Positions 16,384 to 26,848 are shown, numbered from the stretch's first letter. The stretch is DNA of 64,000 nt from an uncultured Candidatus Saccharibacteria bacterium (GCA_964354975.1 CAYHBS010000003.1:4086-68085); one strand, 5' to 3'. The notes: a model not told the origin generated them from the sequence alone. Program-made: numbers and translations.

Positions 16384-18597
16384 TTACTGTGCGCCAATGG
16401 ATTTCAGCCATTCATCCACGGTTTGCGTGAATTCAGGATTCATTTGCTTTGCTTTCTTAGCGAACTCAATCGCCGCTTGTTTGTTTCCAAGATCCAGTGA
16501 CGTCTGCGCAAGCACGAGATTCATATAGGCGGTTCCATCAGGACTCACTGTATACTTGGTGATAAATTGCATAAATAGGAGTCGCTTATTCGGTTCAGGA
16601 ATGCGCATCACACGCTGCATAAAACTATCGATTTCCTCATTGTTCAGTTTTGTAATGCCATGTTCGGCAATATACGTTTCAAGAAATAACTGGGCCGACT
16701 GCGTGTCCTGCGCCTGCAAAAGCACATTCACAATCGGTGCCATCAGCGAACGCATGCGTCCCGAAATATCATAAGCTGTCGTAACAAGCGCAAGCGCCTC
16801 CACTTTCTTTTCCCTCGCAAGTTGGAGTTCCGCGTAACTCAAATAGTTTTGAATATACCCCGGAGCCTCGGTGATCGCCGCCTTGTAAAGCTCGTCCGCC
16901 CTGTCTCCTGCTGCACCACGTGAATCTTGGATCGCGAGAAGACGCCCAAGTAGTAATCGGTTTTTGAGTACCTGGGGCTCCGCAGCAACTTGCTCCTCCA
17001 TTTTTGCTACCGCCTCCGCAAGGAGTTTATTAGTCACGTCGTTACGCTCAGAAGATCTTAATGAAAGCTCCATCGCAATGATACCGAAGCGCTCGCGTAG
17101 CTCTCGAGAACCAAAGGTGTTTAATGCAAGCACCTCATTCATACGGGTCGCTATCTCTTCAAGAGTTTTTTGCTGCTGAAAAAACTGTAATACGTCAATA
17201 GTTCCTGTTGCCGCTTGAATTGGACGTACGTTGAGAAATAGCACTAGGAGCACCACAGAGACGAGCGCACCTGCTGGCACCATTGAGGCGATGGCTGGTT
17301 CTGCTGGCTTTATATTTTTGCTGCCATGTTCTACCGAGAACGTGTGCAAAAATGCGAGTGCAAACGCCAGGGTTAAATATGTGGTGATGCTATCAAACAC
17401 AAAGAAGTTCTGCATGAGATACGCGCCGTAGCCTCCCGCAAAAGCAAGGGCGACTGCAGATGAAATGACGCGCTTTTTCCACAATCGCCAGAGTGTATAG
17501 AGCGCCGCCACATGAATAGAGAGAAATGCGATAAATCCAAGAATGCCCGCATCCACTAACCACTCCAAAAACACATTGTGAGTGCGATCAAACCACGGTT
17601 CGTTTCCGTAGAGCGTCGGATTGTAATACTTGGCAAATGGCACAATAAACGTATCGGGCCCCCACCCGAGCACTGGGCGCTCACGCGCAGCCTCAATTGC
17701 CATTCCCCAAATTTTGATGCGGGGCTGATTTTGAATGTCAGTAAAAGACGTACCTGCAACTCGATTAAACAGAGGCACCGAGCGCACAACCGCGCTCTGC
17801 GGATACGCTTTAATTCCTGTAAGTAACGCTATACCAGCAATAACTGCCGCGAGTGCGCCGTACCTGAGTATTTTTTGTTTGGAAAAAATCAGCACCAGCA
17901 TTGTCATCGTCCCCACGCCCGCAAGAAGACCCACAAACGCTCCGCGACTTGCAGGAAGGAGAAAGGCTCCAAGCAACACCAACTCTAAGGTAATGAGCGT
18001 CCAACGCTTGAGTTGGTTCTTCCACTCACTCGCAAGGAGCCCTCCGACCACGAACATGTGTGTCATGAGATATACCGCGAGATAGATGAAGTTTCCAAAC
18101 GTTGCAAAGGGACGGTTCTCGGTCCCATACCCCTTCATCACATCAAATCCTTCCGCAAGAGTGAACAGCGCAATAAACGTCGCAACTCCAATGCTGACAT
18201 ATGCAAATCGCAACCAATCTGTTTTACTTTTGAGAATATGCGCTGCGGTAAGAAATAGCGCGAAGAGATGCAGATATGTAATCGTCCCCTCCATACGCTC
18301 GAAATTGGACCAGAAACTTTGATACGGATTGACCCCAAGAATTCCCGCAAGCGTGGCGATGCCCACGAACGCTCCGAACGCATATAGCACTATGCTTTTT
18401 CGAGGACGAAATGATGCGTCCAGCACCGCGAGCGATACCCACGCGACAAAGACAATTTCCGTGATGATCCGAAAAAAGAAGTTTTTTCCAGTAATAAACG
18501 GAAAATACATGGATTGAGTCACAATCAACGGAGTGAGGAGCAGTAACCCCAACCCAATGTACGCGACCCACTTGGCAAACGATTCGTAGGAGTTCAT
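16384..18597 (-). CDS. O-antigen ligase/polymerase-like (Wzy_C) polytopic membrane protein with C-terminal TPR repeats
   Basis: About 10 TM helices with Wzy_C-type motifs (SRGAFVGLLAGVG; THNVFLEWLVDAGILG). The C-terminal ~250 aa are TPR-like. Confidence 0.65.
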   Translation of the reverse strand: MNSYESFAKWVAYIGLGLLLLTPLIVTQSMYFPFITGKNFFFRIITEIVFVAWVSLAVLDASFRPRKSIVLYAFGAFVGIATLAGILGVNPYQSFWSNFERMEGTITYLHLFALFLTAAHILKSKTDWLRFAYVSIGVATFIALFTLAEGFDVMKGYGTENRPFATFGNFIYLAVYLMTHMFVVGGLLASEWKNQLKRWTLITLELVLLGAFLLPASRGAFVGLLAGVGTMTMLVLIFSKQKILRYGALAAVIAGIALLTGIKAYPQSAVVRSVPLFNRVAGTSFTDIQNQPRIKIWGMAIEAARERPVLGWGPDTFIVPFAKYYNPTLYGNEPWFDRTHNVFLEWLVDAGILGFIAFLSIHVAALYTLWRLWKKRVISSAVALAFAGGYGAYLMQNFFVFDSITTYLTLAFALAFLHTFSVEHGSKNIKPAEPAIASMVPAGALVSVVLLVLFLNVRPIQAATGTIDVLQFFQQQKTLEEIATRMNEVLALNTFGSRELRERFGIIAMELSLRSSERNDVTNKLLAEAVAKMEEQVAAEPQVLKNRLLLGRLLAIQDSRGAAGDRADELYKAAITEAPGYIQNYLSYAELQLAREKKVEALALVTTAYDISGRMRSLMAPIVNVLLQAQDTQSAQLFLETYIAEHGITKLNNEEIDSFMQRVMRIPEPNKRLLFMQFITKYTVSPDGTAYMNLVLAQTSLDLGNKQAAIEFAKKAKQMNPEFTQTVDEWLKSIGAQ

Positions 18598-18657
18598 AGA
18601 TTGCGATTAGTATGCCACGCGCTACCAAAAATGACAAAAAGCGTTATAGTACTCAAT

Positions 18658-19986
18658 ATGATTAGCAGGTCACAGGCCTATCGATTGCTCCCCGTTATTG
18701 ATGGGGGCATTTTAGTTGCCGCATTGGCGGCAGCGCTTGCATTTCGATTCGGCGGTAGCGCGTTCCAAGATCAATGGAATTTGCACCTTACTCCATTTCT
18801 ACTGGTCTTTTTGCTCTGGATCGTTATTTTCCGAATGCATGATCTCTACAATCCGTACCAGTCTCTGGACGTGCGGAAGCTATTTGAAAATACCCTCCGT
18901 GCGTTTACAATCGACATCGGTGTTGCGACCATTTTTTTCTACGCTATTCCCTATTTCGGTATTACTCCGAGAAAAAATCTACTGCTGATTGGCGGCGTGG
19001 GTATCATCGCATTTGCATGCTGGAGACTCGCGTTTACGCTGTTTATCCGCACCTATGTGCCACTAAAAATATTCCTTATTGGCGACGCGCCTGAAATGCG
19101 TGTGGTTGCGACACATATTGCAGCACACCCAGAACTCGGAATGAGCTCGGAAGTGTATCATGAACTCACTGATACGATGGTTGCCACAATGACTGCTACT
19201 GCACAGAACTATTATGTCGTGCTACCTGAATCAACAAAGTCATCCTCCACGCTGATGAAACAGATGTATGCGCTGCTCCCTTCTGGTGTCCAAGTGGTCG
19301 ATTTTGCTTCGTTCTATGAACGCCTATTTCAAAAAATTCCTGTTTCGCTGATTACGGAACTTTGGTTTCTTGAACATATTGTTGAAGTAAAGAAGCCCTT
19401 CTTTTCGATGCTCAAGCGTTTTGTAGATATCGTGCTCGGAATTTGCATTGGAGCAATTACCCTTCTCCTCACACCATTGATTGCGCTTGCAATTAAGCTT
19501 GATAGCAACGGCCCAATCATTTTGCCTAATCATTACCGAATTGGGAAAAATGGTAAAAGATTTCAGTTATATAAGTTTCGATCAATGGGAAATAATGCTG
19601 AGAAACATGGTCCACAATGGACGCAAAAAAATGACCCACGAATTACTCGGGTTGGGAAATATTTGCGCGAACTACGTCTTGATGAGCTACCCCAAGTGTT
19701 AAATATTTTAAAAGGAGACATGTCTTTTATTGGCCCCCGACCAGAACGCCCAGAGTTTGTTGAAGGTTTAAAAAAAGAAATTCCCTTCTATGACATGCGC
19801 CACCTCGTAAAGCCGGGGCTTTCCGGATGGGCACAAATCAATCCTCCCTACTACTACGCTGGCACGGACGAAACAATCATCAAATTGCAATATGATCTCT
19901 TTTATATTAAAAATAGAAGCACGATGCTGGATGCATCAGTGCTGCTCAAAACGGTCGCCGTGCTCCTCTCTCGTAGGGGACATTAA
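18658..19986 (+). CDS. polyprenyl-phosphate sugar-1-phosphate transferase (bacterial sugar transferase, WbaP/PglC-type initiating PGT)
   Basis: KFRSM and DELPQVLNILKGDMSFIGPRPERPEFV signature motifs plus N-terminal TM helices. The start is moved to ATG 18658 (MISRSQ). Confidence 0.8.
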   Translation: MISRSQAYRLLPVIDGGILVAALAAALAFRFGGSAFQDQWNLHLTPFLLVFLLWIVIFRMHDLYNPYQSLDVRKLFENTLRAFTIDIGVATIFFYAIPYFGITPRKNLLLIGGVGIIAFACWRLAFTLFIRTYVPLKIFLIGDAPEMRVVATHIAAHPELGMSSEVYHELTDTMVATMTATAQNYYVVLPESTKSSSTLMKQMYALLPSGVQVVDFASFYERLFQKIPVSLITELWFLEHIVEVKKPFFSMLKRFVDIVLGICIGAITLLLTPLIALAIKLDSNGPIILPNHYRIGKNGKRFQLYKFRSMGNNAEKHGPQWTQKNDPRITRVGKYLRELRLDELPQVLNILKGDMSFIGPRPERPEFVEGLKKEIPFYDMRHLVKPGLSGWAQINPPYYYAGTDETIIKLQYDLFYIKNRSTMLDASVLLKTVAVLLSRRGH

Positions 19987-19987
19987 C

Positions 19988-21043
19988 TTAATATGTATTT
20001 CTTAACGTAATCTGTTCGTCCGGAGCAATATGTTGTTTCGCCCTGCGCCCAATAATGTGATTAAGTTGCTCTGGTCCTAATCCACCAATCAGTGGCCGCT
20101 TGAACAGTATATGGCTTTCGGTAATGTTTTCACCCCGAGTTATTTTTCGTGCAGCGACAATACTCTGCCCTGCCCACAGACGACTTTTATTGAGCGATTT
20201 TTTTGTAGAAAGATCTCGAAAAACCATACTTGCTTCTACATCTCGCGCCGCAGAAACAAACGTGATAAATTCATCCGACAACAATGCGCCGGGATTGTCC
20301 AATGATCGTGGGTCAGATTTATCAAAAGTAATATGTTTTTCCATTACTTTTATGCCCATCGCAATAGCAGCTAAAGGCACGTGATATCCGACCGTGTGAT
20401 CCGAATACCCTACAGGCCCCGTCACCATGTGTTGGAGCTCATAAATTTGTCGGAGTGCCGCATGTTGTGGTTTTGTGGGATATTCCGTTGTGCAATGTAA
20501 TGGAATCACCGATGGCGTTCCGCGCGAAACAAGTAGACGCACGCTGGACTGAATCTCTTTAGGAGTATGCATGCCAAACGAAATAATAACCGGTATTTTT
20601 TTTGATGCGACATGTGACAAAAATCGATGGTTATGCGCCTCACCCGATCCAACTTTAATACAATCCACCCCAAGCGCTACGAGCTTGTCCACACTTTCCT
20701 CATCGTGCGGACTCGCAAAACACGTAATGTGCTTTTTTTGTGCGTACGCAAACAATTTTTTTAAATTAGTAAACGACAGTTCCCGAGATTTCAGGCGCGT
20801 ATACCAGTTATACCCTAATTTCTTTTGATATTTTTGCGCCGAAACCTTTGAAACTAGAGACGCAGTATTCCACAGTTGAAATTTTATGGCATCGGCTTTT
20901 GCAGCAACCGCCGCATCAATTTGTTTTTTCGCGAGCGCATACTGGCCATAATTTGTCACTCCTCCCTCACAAATGATAAAAACGGGGTGACCGTCCCCGA
21001 TAGTGTGTTTGCCAATACGAATGGTGCGACTTGTTCGAATCAT
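19988..21043 (-). CDS. NeuB-family nonulosonic acid (sialic-acid-type) synthase, copy 1
   Basis: VFIICEGGVTNYGQY...ADAIKFQ at the start of the TIM barrel, and a C-terminal SAF domain (IVAARKITRGENITESHILFKRP). A GAGGTAGCT Shine-Dalgarno precedes ATG 21043. Confidence 0.75.
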   Translation of the reverse strand: MIRTSRTIRIGKHTIGDGHPVFIICEGGVTNYGQYALAKKQIDAAVAAKADAIKFQLWNTASLVSKVSAQKYQKKLGYNWYTRLKSRELSFTNLKKLFAYAQKKHITCFASPHDEESVDKLVALGVDCIKVGSGEAHNHRFLSHVASKKIPVIISFGMHTPKEIQSSVRLLVSRGTPSVIPLHCTTEYPTKPQHAALRQIYELQHMVTGPVGYSDHTVGYHVPLAAIAMGIKVMEKHITFDKSDPRSLDNPGALLSDEFITFVSAARDVEASMVFRDLSTKKSLNKSRLWAGQSIVAARKITRGENITESHILFKRPLIGGLGPEQLNHIIGRRAKQHIAPDEQITLRNTY

Positions 21044-21094
21044 AGCTACCTCAATGTATACTACTATTATACCTATTGTACGCAGTTCCATCAG

Positions 21095-21128
21095 CATAGA
21101 AAAGAGGGTCGCACATGTGCGACCCTCT
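21095..21128 (-). terminator. perfect-palindrome terminator (AGAGGGTCGCACATGTGCGACCCTCT + TTTTCT on minus strand)
   Basis: An 11-bp perfect stem with a 4-nt loop between the sqdB stop and the NeuB copy-1 start. Confidence 0.5.
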
Positions 21129-21136
21129 GTTATGTG

Positions 21137-22306
21137 TCATGGCTTCCATTTTACCGTCGGCATGATAACTTCCGGTTCGATGTTCCGCTTCGCAGCGATC
21201 ACCGACCCCATCATCTCAGCTATCACCTCGTCAGTAAGCAAGTGCGGATGCAGACCGAGCGAAATCAGTGAGGAATTCTTCGCATTGTAGTAGTGCTCTT
21301 CGCTCTCTACTCTTGGGTTTCCGATCGATGCCATAGTGGCGTCGATTCCAAACTCACTATTTGCGACGTACTGCACGCGGCGCGCCAGCTCATTCACCGA
21401 ATACTGCTCAGTAAACTGATTGAACACTCGGAACTCTCCTTTCTCCGCTGGATGTGTCACTGCAAGCTCCACACACTGTAATGTATCGAGAATGTTGAGA
21501 TATCCGCGCGTTTGACCTCCGCGACCGTACACCGTGAGCGGAACACCCGATACAGCCTGCACGATGAAGCGGTTTAGAGCAGTGCCAAATACTCCGTCGT
21601 AGTGAAAGCTCGTAACAAATCCATCCGCAAGCAACGTCTCCGGCGTATGAATGCCGTAGACAACGCCCTGATTGAGGTCGGTAGCGCGCAACCCCCACGA
21701 TCGACAGGCGAACTCGATGTTCACACTGTCTGCAACCTTTGAAGCGTGGTAGAACGATCCCGGACGCTTTGGATACAGCATTCGATCTTTTCTCCCGCGA
21801 TGCTCAATCTCGATCCACCCCTCCTCAATATCGATGTTCGGAGTGCCGTACTCGCCCATCGTCCCAAGCTTCACCAGATGCGCATCAGGCACGATATCGC
21901 GCATCGCGAACAAAATGTTCAGCGTGCCAACAATGTTGTCCGCCTGCGTACGTGTTGCGCGCGAACGAGACATCATTGAATACGGTGCGGACGGCTGTTC
22001 GGCGTAATGGATGATCGCGTCGGGCAGAAACTCTCTCACAAACCCCAACGTTGCGCCGGGATTTGCAGCGATGTCTACCACATTCCCCTGCGGGAGCGCG
22101 ATCTCCGTTCCCTGCCCCGAGCGATTCCACAATCGCACGCGTTTTTGTAGCGTCGGCCGCGAGAAGAGTGGTTCACCGCCTACTTCTTCCTCCCATCTTC
22201 GTTTCGCTAAGCTATCAGCGATCGCTACAGAGTGTCCTCGCCTGGCAAAATACATTACGGTGGGCCAACCGAGATAGCCATCTCCACCAAGCACCATGAT
22301 GTTCAT
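21137..22306 (-). CDS. sqdB: UDP-sulfoquinovose synthase (SQD1/SqdB/Agl3 family)
   Basis: Near-colinear identity with the SQD1 sequence as I recall it: MVLGGDGYLGW, SAPYSM, GTMGEYGTPNIDIEEG, ATDLNQGVVYG, DGVFGTALNRF, TVYGRGGQTRGYL, EFRVFNQFTEQYSVNELA, NPRVESEEHYYNAKN, IMPTVKWK. AGGAGG precedes the ATG at 22306. Confidence 0.85.
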   Translation of the reverse strand: MNIMVLGGDGYLGWPTVMYFARRGHSVAIADSLAKRRWEEEVGGEPLFSRPTLQKRVRLWNRSGQGTEIALPQGNVVDIAANPGATLGFVREFLPDAIIHYAEQPSAPYSMMSRSRATRTQADNIVGTLNILFAMRDIVPDAHLVKLGTMGEYGTPNIDIEEGWIEIEHRGRKDRMLYPKRPGSFYHASKVADSVNIEFACRSWGLRATDLNQGVVYGIHTPETLLADGFVTSFHYDGVFGTALNRFIVQAVSGVPLTVYGRGGQTRGYLNILDTLQCVELAVTHPAEKGEFRVFNQFTEQYSVNELARRVQYVANSEFGIDATMASIGNPRVESEEHYYNAKNSSLISLGLHPHLLTDEVIAEMMGSVIAAKRNIEPEVIMPTVKWKP

Positions 22307-22378
22307 GTATCCAACCTCCTTTCTCGTAAGTACAAACTAACCGTACGCTACGTTGAATGAAGTGTTCTGTCAAGTGTT

Positions 22379-23089
22379 TTATGAGAAATTTCCATCCGAT
22401 TGAAGCATCTCAAGCATGTGCTCTCCGCGCTCAAAATCCTCGGGACAATCAATATCAAGTGAGCGATTGTCGGGCATTAGATACGGGAGAACGTGATCCC
22501 CGTATAAACGCCCTTTCAAGAGTACGTCGCGACGCACAGCGTATACAGCACCGTTACGCCAATACACGCGAGGTAGTTCTTGTCTGCGCGTACCCTCCGC
22601 CTCAACTGCACAAAACGATTTTAACATTCCATCTTCAATCACTTTTGCTTTTGCGGGATGATGGTCGATATATTCTACAACACTCACCGCGCTATCAGCA
22701 TCAGATTCCGCAAGCAAGTTTACCACCGAATCAATATCTTCAGAAAGACGTAGGGGCGATGTGGGCTGCAAGGTCACAACAATATCGTATGTGACGCCAT
22801 CCGCAGCTTCAGCAAACTTCAGAGCGTGCTGTAACACAGGGAGATGAGGAGTATCATCAGCCGCCAATGATGCTGGTCGAAAAAATGGCACATCTGCTCC
22901 TGCGGTACGCGCAATCTCAGCAATATGTTCATCGTCGGTAGAGACAATCGTGCGTGTGAGTGTGTGAGCTGATCGCGCTGCCGTAATCGTGTAGGTAATG
23001 AGAGGATTGCCTCCAAATAACTTCACATTTTTTCCAGGAATTCCTTTTGATCCTCCACGCGCAGTAATTACTCCAAGTACCCTCATCAT
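22379..23089 (-). CDS. acylneuraminate cytidylyltransferase family (CMP-NulO synthetase), copy 1
   Basis: VLGVITARGGSKGIPGKNVK plus the rest of the CTP_transf_3 fold. Confidence 0.8.
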   Translation of the reverse strand: MMRVLGVITARGGSKGIPGKNVKLFGGNPLITYTITAARSAHTLTRTIVSTDDEHIAEIARTAGADVPFFRPASLAADDTPHLPVLQHALKFAEAADGVTYDIVVTLQPTSPLRLSEDIDSVVNLLAESDADSAVSVVEYIDHHPAKAKVIEDGMLKSFCAVEAEGTRRQELPRVYWRNGAVYAVRRDVLLKGRLYGDHVLPYLMPDNRSLDIDCPEDFERGEHMLEMLQSDGNFS

Positions 23090-24252
23090 GATGTTGGGGG
23101 ATCGTTAAATTGTTTCTGCACGTAGAGTGGAGTGGATACCAGTGCCTCAGCCATACGACTACTGGTATCGGGTTGATAATAAAAAGAGTTCTGTTCATAC
23201 TTTCCGTGCTGTACTTGAACATTAATTGCACAGTATATGGCATCTGCATCATGTACAACGTCTCGTATATGAGGTCCGCGCGGTCGGCCATTCTGGCGTG
23301 ATCCAATATTCACTACTGGCGTTCCTAAAAACGAAGCTTCTTTAATTCCTGCAGATGAATTCCCCACCAAACACGCTGCCGCTTTCATGAGACCCATAAA
23401 TTCATTTGGCGGCAAATACTTAATGAATCGCATGTGCGTTGAATGATGGTGTTCGCGAAACGAACGAATACCACGAGATACTTCGTCGGTTCCTGCATCC
23501 ACGTTTGGCCAAAACCAAACGGTAGGCAGTCCTGTGCGCTGAACCGCATGGAGCGTTGCATCAATGTGTGCGCGATTTTTTCCTACTTCAGACGTTACGG
23601 GATGCTGCATCACAAGTAAAAATGGCTTCTGAATATCAACAACGTCCCCAACACCAATACTATTGACGTATGTATTGGTGAGATCAAATGTACTTTTTTC
23701 AACAAATTCAACGTCTAAACTTCCAAAATTATATACCGTATCAGGTCGCTCTCCCATTTGCAGAATCCGTTCATGTGCTTTCGAATTTGTAGGAAAATGA
23801 ATATGCGATAATTTTGTGATGGCGTGGCGCACTGATTCATCAATACTTCCGGTCACGTCTCCTCCCTCGATGTGTGCAACCGTAATATTCATGTATGCCG
23901 CGGCAATTGCGGCAGCGAGTACCTCAAATCGATCCGCGCGGAGTAATACAATGTCGGGCTTCAGATTTTGAAACGCGGTTGAAAATTCGATAATACCAAG
24001 TCCAGCTGTTTTTGCCATTGCCACTGGATTTCCACCTTCAATCGTCATGGTAATTTGTGCTGCTGGAACCAGTTGATGTTCCTGCATGAGCTTAATAACA
24101 TCACCATATTTATCGAGCATGGCGGACGCACCCACCACAATTTGGAGTTCAACATCCTCCCGGCGCGAGAGTTCGCTCAGCAACAAGATTCCCCGCGAAA
24201 AATGAATTGGGGACGTAATGATATAACAAATTTTCCTCTTCTTGGTTGTCAT
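23086..24252 (-). CDS. UDP-N-acetylglucosamine 2-epimerase, hydrolysing (NeuC/LegG type), copy 1
   Basis: VAHIEGGDVTGSIDESVRHAITKLSHIHFP is the hydrolysing-epimerase signature; its stop overlaps the next start by 4 nt. Confidence 0.8.
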   Translation of the reverse strand: MTTKKRKICYIITSPIHFSRGILLLSELSRREDVELQIVVGASAMLDKYGDVIKLMQEHQLVPAAQITMTIEGGNPVAMAKTAGLGIIEFSTAFQNLKPDIVLLRADRFEVLAAAIAAAYMNITVAHIEGGDVTGSIDESVRHAITKLSHIHFPTNSKAHERILQMGERPDTVYNFGSLDVEFVEKSTFDLTNTYVNSIGVGDVVDIQKPFLLVMQHPVTSEVGKNRAHIDATLHAVQRTGLPTVWFWPNVDAGTDEVSRGIRSFREHHHSTHMRFIKYLPPNEFMGLMKAAACLVGNSSAGIKEASFLGTPVVNIGSRQNGRPRGPHIRDVVHDADAIYCAINVQVQHGKYEQNSFYYQPDTSSRMAEALVSTPLYVQKQFNDPPTS

Positions 24253-25361
24253 AGCAATTTCACATCAGTAAGCGTGATCGGGGAAAACTGGGTCAGTGCG
24301 TGCATTACTTGCTTCCCAACGAGCTCTGCATAATCCTGAGCAAGTGCGCCCGGAATCAGTGCACGTGGGCGCATAGCCGCAAGATCTGTCTCCTCAATAG
24401 TCTCTCCCTCACGGATATCCCGCACTACCACGAGCGACTTATTAAAAAATGGGCGAAATGTATTATGCGCCCCTTCAAATTCTTTATCAATATCCCCATA
24501 AAAGGCCTCTGGAGATGCCGCTACATATGTCCCTGAGCGCACGGCGCGTACTAGTTCCTTCATTTCATGGGGTAACATGGACACCTTATGATCCGGCCCC
24601 CACGCATCACGCGACAAACTAAAATGTTTTTCTATCATTCTCGCCCCTATTTTGATCGCGGCAAGTGCAACGTCCATTCCAAGCGAATGATCGGAAAAAC
24701 CAACAATTGCATGTGGGTACGCGTCCTTCAGATACTGAATTGATGCTAAGTTAAATACTTCAGGTGGACATGGGTATTGGCTCACACAATACAGTATAAT
24801 CGGAGTTACCCGTGCGCGTGCCAAGTGCTGCATCACTGCCTGTAACTCTTGTCGGCTCACCATTCCCGTGGAAATGATGATGGGTTTTTTGAAACTCACA
24901 AGGGTATCAAGTAGAAGATAATCTAGTACGTCCGCAGATCCTACTTTCCATAGTGACATGCCGAGTTCAGACATTTGGATTGCAGCTCCTTTACTCATGG
25001 GAGTGGTGAACATGCGCATATGCTTTTCTGCACAATATATACTGAGCGGGCGCCAAAATGCATCCATCGGAGTCTGACGCGTGTTGCGCTCAACCCATCG
25101 ATATCGATCGTTCGCAGGAAAATGTGGGGAAACAATGGGAATATTAAGTTGTTCATCAGCAACATGATGTGTCTGAAACTTCACCGCATCAACACCAGCG
25201 TCCACGGCGGCGTCCACAAGCAACTGTGCGCGACGCAGTAATGTTTCAACAGATTCTTCCTCCTCGGTCACAATAAAATTCTTTCCAATTTCAGCAACAA
25301 TAAAGACGTCCCTCCCCGATCGTCGCTCTAAATCATTCAACGTCATTGCATGCATATCCAT
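24249..25361 (-). CDS. NeuB-family nonulosonic acid synthase, copy 2
   Basis: FIVAEIGKNF...GVDAVKFQTH and a C-terminal SAF domain. Confidence 0.8.
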   Translation of the reverse strand: MDMHAMTLNDLERRSGRDVFIVAEIGKNFIVTEEEESVETLLRRAQLLVDAAVDAGVDAVKFQTHHVADEQLNIPIVSPHFPANDRYRWVERNTRQTPMDAFWRPLSIYCAEKHMRMFTTPMSKGAAIQMSELGMSLWKVGSADVLDYLLLDTLVSFKKPIIISTGMVSRQELQAVMQHLARARVTPIILYCVSQYPCPPEVFNLASIQYLKDAYPHAIVGFSDHSLGMDVALAAIKIGARMIEKHFSLSRDAWGPDHKVSMLPHEMKELVRAVRSGTYVAASPEAFYGDIDKEFEGAHNTFRPFFNKSLVVVRDIREGETIEETDLAAMRPRALIPGALAQDYAELVGKQVMHALTQFSPITLTDVKLL

Positions 25362-26803
25362 TGGTATAACGCATCCGCTACCCTTTGACTAGAGTTACCA
25401 TCCGCATATGTACATTGCTCACGTACAAGTCGCATTCTGCCATTATGATGAGTGGATGGAACGCGAAGTGTTGCGGTGATAAGATCACGCAGTTCATGTG
25501 AAGATTGAGCGAGTTGTATTCCTCCCGTCAGTATGGCATTCCGATAATGTTCCGTTCCATAGAAAAACGTTGGCGAACGAAGCGGATTGATATTTTTGCG
25601 CAACTCAAAATTAATATTAATCACAGGAATATCAAGTATTGCAGCGTCGATCGAAAAACTCGAAGCGTAACATACTACGAGGGCTGCATTTGAAAGCGTT
25701 TCTCGCAGTTGTTGGAGTTGCTCAAAATTCATATCCCAATCTCCACCACGATGCTTCGCAAATCGCTTTGATGGTATTTCGTACCGCAACCAGGGTCGAC
25801 GAGCAATTTCATCATCTTGGATTACATCGTTCGGAGGAAACCGTACAAATAATTTCCATGCGTACACGTCGCGCGCGTCCACTTCAAATTGATGTAAGAG
25901 ATCAATCATATCCCAATCAGAATTGCTAAATGCACTTCCAATGGGACTGTACAGCACTATGCGATCATTCGGATCACAACCAATACGTTCTCCGTGTACG
26001 GCTCGGCTCGCATATGGTGGTAGTTGATGTCCATAAAACGTAGCTACTTCATGGAGAGCCTCCGGACGCACGTACATATCATATTGTGGAAGCCCCACGG
26101 TACGTATGCGGCTCGGAGGAACATCTTGAAATCGTTCCATTTGCGTCACTAATACATCGTTGTACACCGTGTATTGATCTGTTAGTACACGCATTGCGGA
26201 GCGCGCAGTAATTTTATCCCAACTATTCATATAGCCCACCGTGCGTATTCCCATGCGGCGCGCTTCTTTTATCAATTCAACTTCGTCAGGATCCATTTGA
26301 TTTGCGATCATCACGAGATTTGGTCGAATAGACGAAAGAATTTCTTGATAGAAATTTCCAGTGTTGATACTCGCGTCCAATCTTCGGATAGTAGCGCGTA
26401 TGAATGGACGCGCGAGAAGAAAGTGTAAAATAAGTTTATAGTAATAAAATACTATGCCTCCCTTTGTGGCGCTCAGCATACGCGCGCGGAGTGTCGTCGT
26501 GCGAGAGCGCAACATATAATACCGGAGTATTTCAAATGTGTGCTCTCTCCAGTCCGTTTTCCCTGCTCTCCCTGAGTGCACAATAAATTGTATGCGCTCG
26601 TGTTGTATTTCATGGCGGTAGTACTCTAATCGTTCCTGATTTTTTACTAACATCACAACGCGGACATCTTCGTGTTTCAGTAAGTGCATCATGACTCCTG
26701 TGCGTAACAAATTTTTCCCTTCGATACCTTCAAAGATGGGAAGTAGGAGCGTATACGTGGTGGGCACAGTGTGTGTATGCATGAACTCGTTAGCCTTCAT
26801 CAT
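25343..26803 (-). CDS. TagF-like (CDP-glycerol glycerophosphotransferase-like) GT-B family protein, paralog 1
   Basis: Shares family motifs with the three other paralogs: G(I/V)R(T/V)(V/I)G(Y/M)xxSWD(K/N)(I/L); GLPQYDMY; VVCYASSFSIDAAILDIPVININFE (DYSS-like region of Glyphos_transf); C-terminal REQC. Confidence 0.45.
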   Translation of the reverse strand: MMKANEFMHTHTVPTTYTLLLPIFEGIEGKNLLRTGVMMHLLKHEDVRVVMLVKNQERLEYYRHEIQHERIQFIVHSGRAGKTDWREHTFEILRYYMLRSRTTTLRARMLSATKGGIVFYYYKLILHFLLARPFIRATIRRLDASINTGNFYQEILSSIRPNLVMIANQMDPDEVELIKEARRMGIRTVGYMNSWDKITARSAMRVLTDQYTVYNDVLVTQMERFQDVPPSRIRTVGLPQYDMYVRPEALHEVATFYGHQLPPYASRAVHGERIGCDPNDRIVLYSPIGSAFSNSDWDMIDLLHQFEVDARDVYAWKLFVRFPPNDVIQDDEIARRPWLRYEIPSKRFAKHRGGDWDMNFEQLQQLRETLSNAALVVCYASSFSIDAAILDIPVININFELRKNINPLRSPTFFYGTEHYRNAILTGGIQLAQSSHELRDLITATLRVPSTHHNGRMRLVREQCTYADGNSSQRVADALYQWICMQ

Positions 26804-26848
26804 AATGAAAGAATGGGGAACACCGCAAACGCGACGCTCCCCATATTG

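Noticed and set aside
21739-22299. Several 80-90-aa plus-strand ORFs inside sqdB
   Set aside because: They are antisense to a gene with near-complete SQD1 similarity. Their Arg/Ala-rich composition is typical of antisense frames of GC-richer coding sequence.
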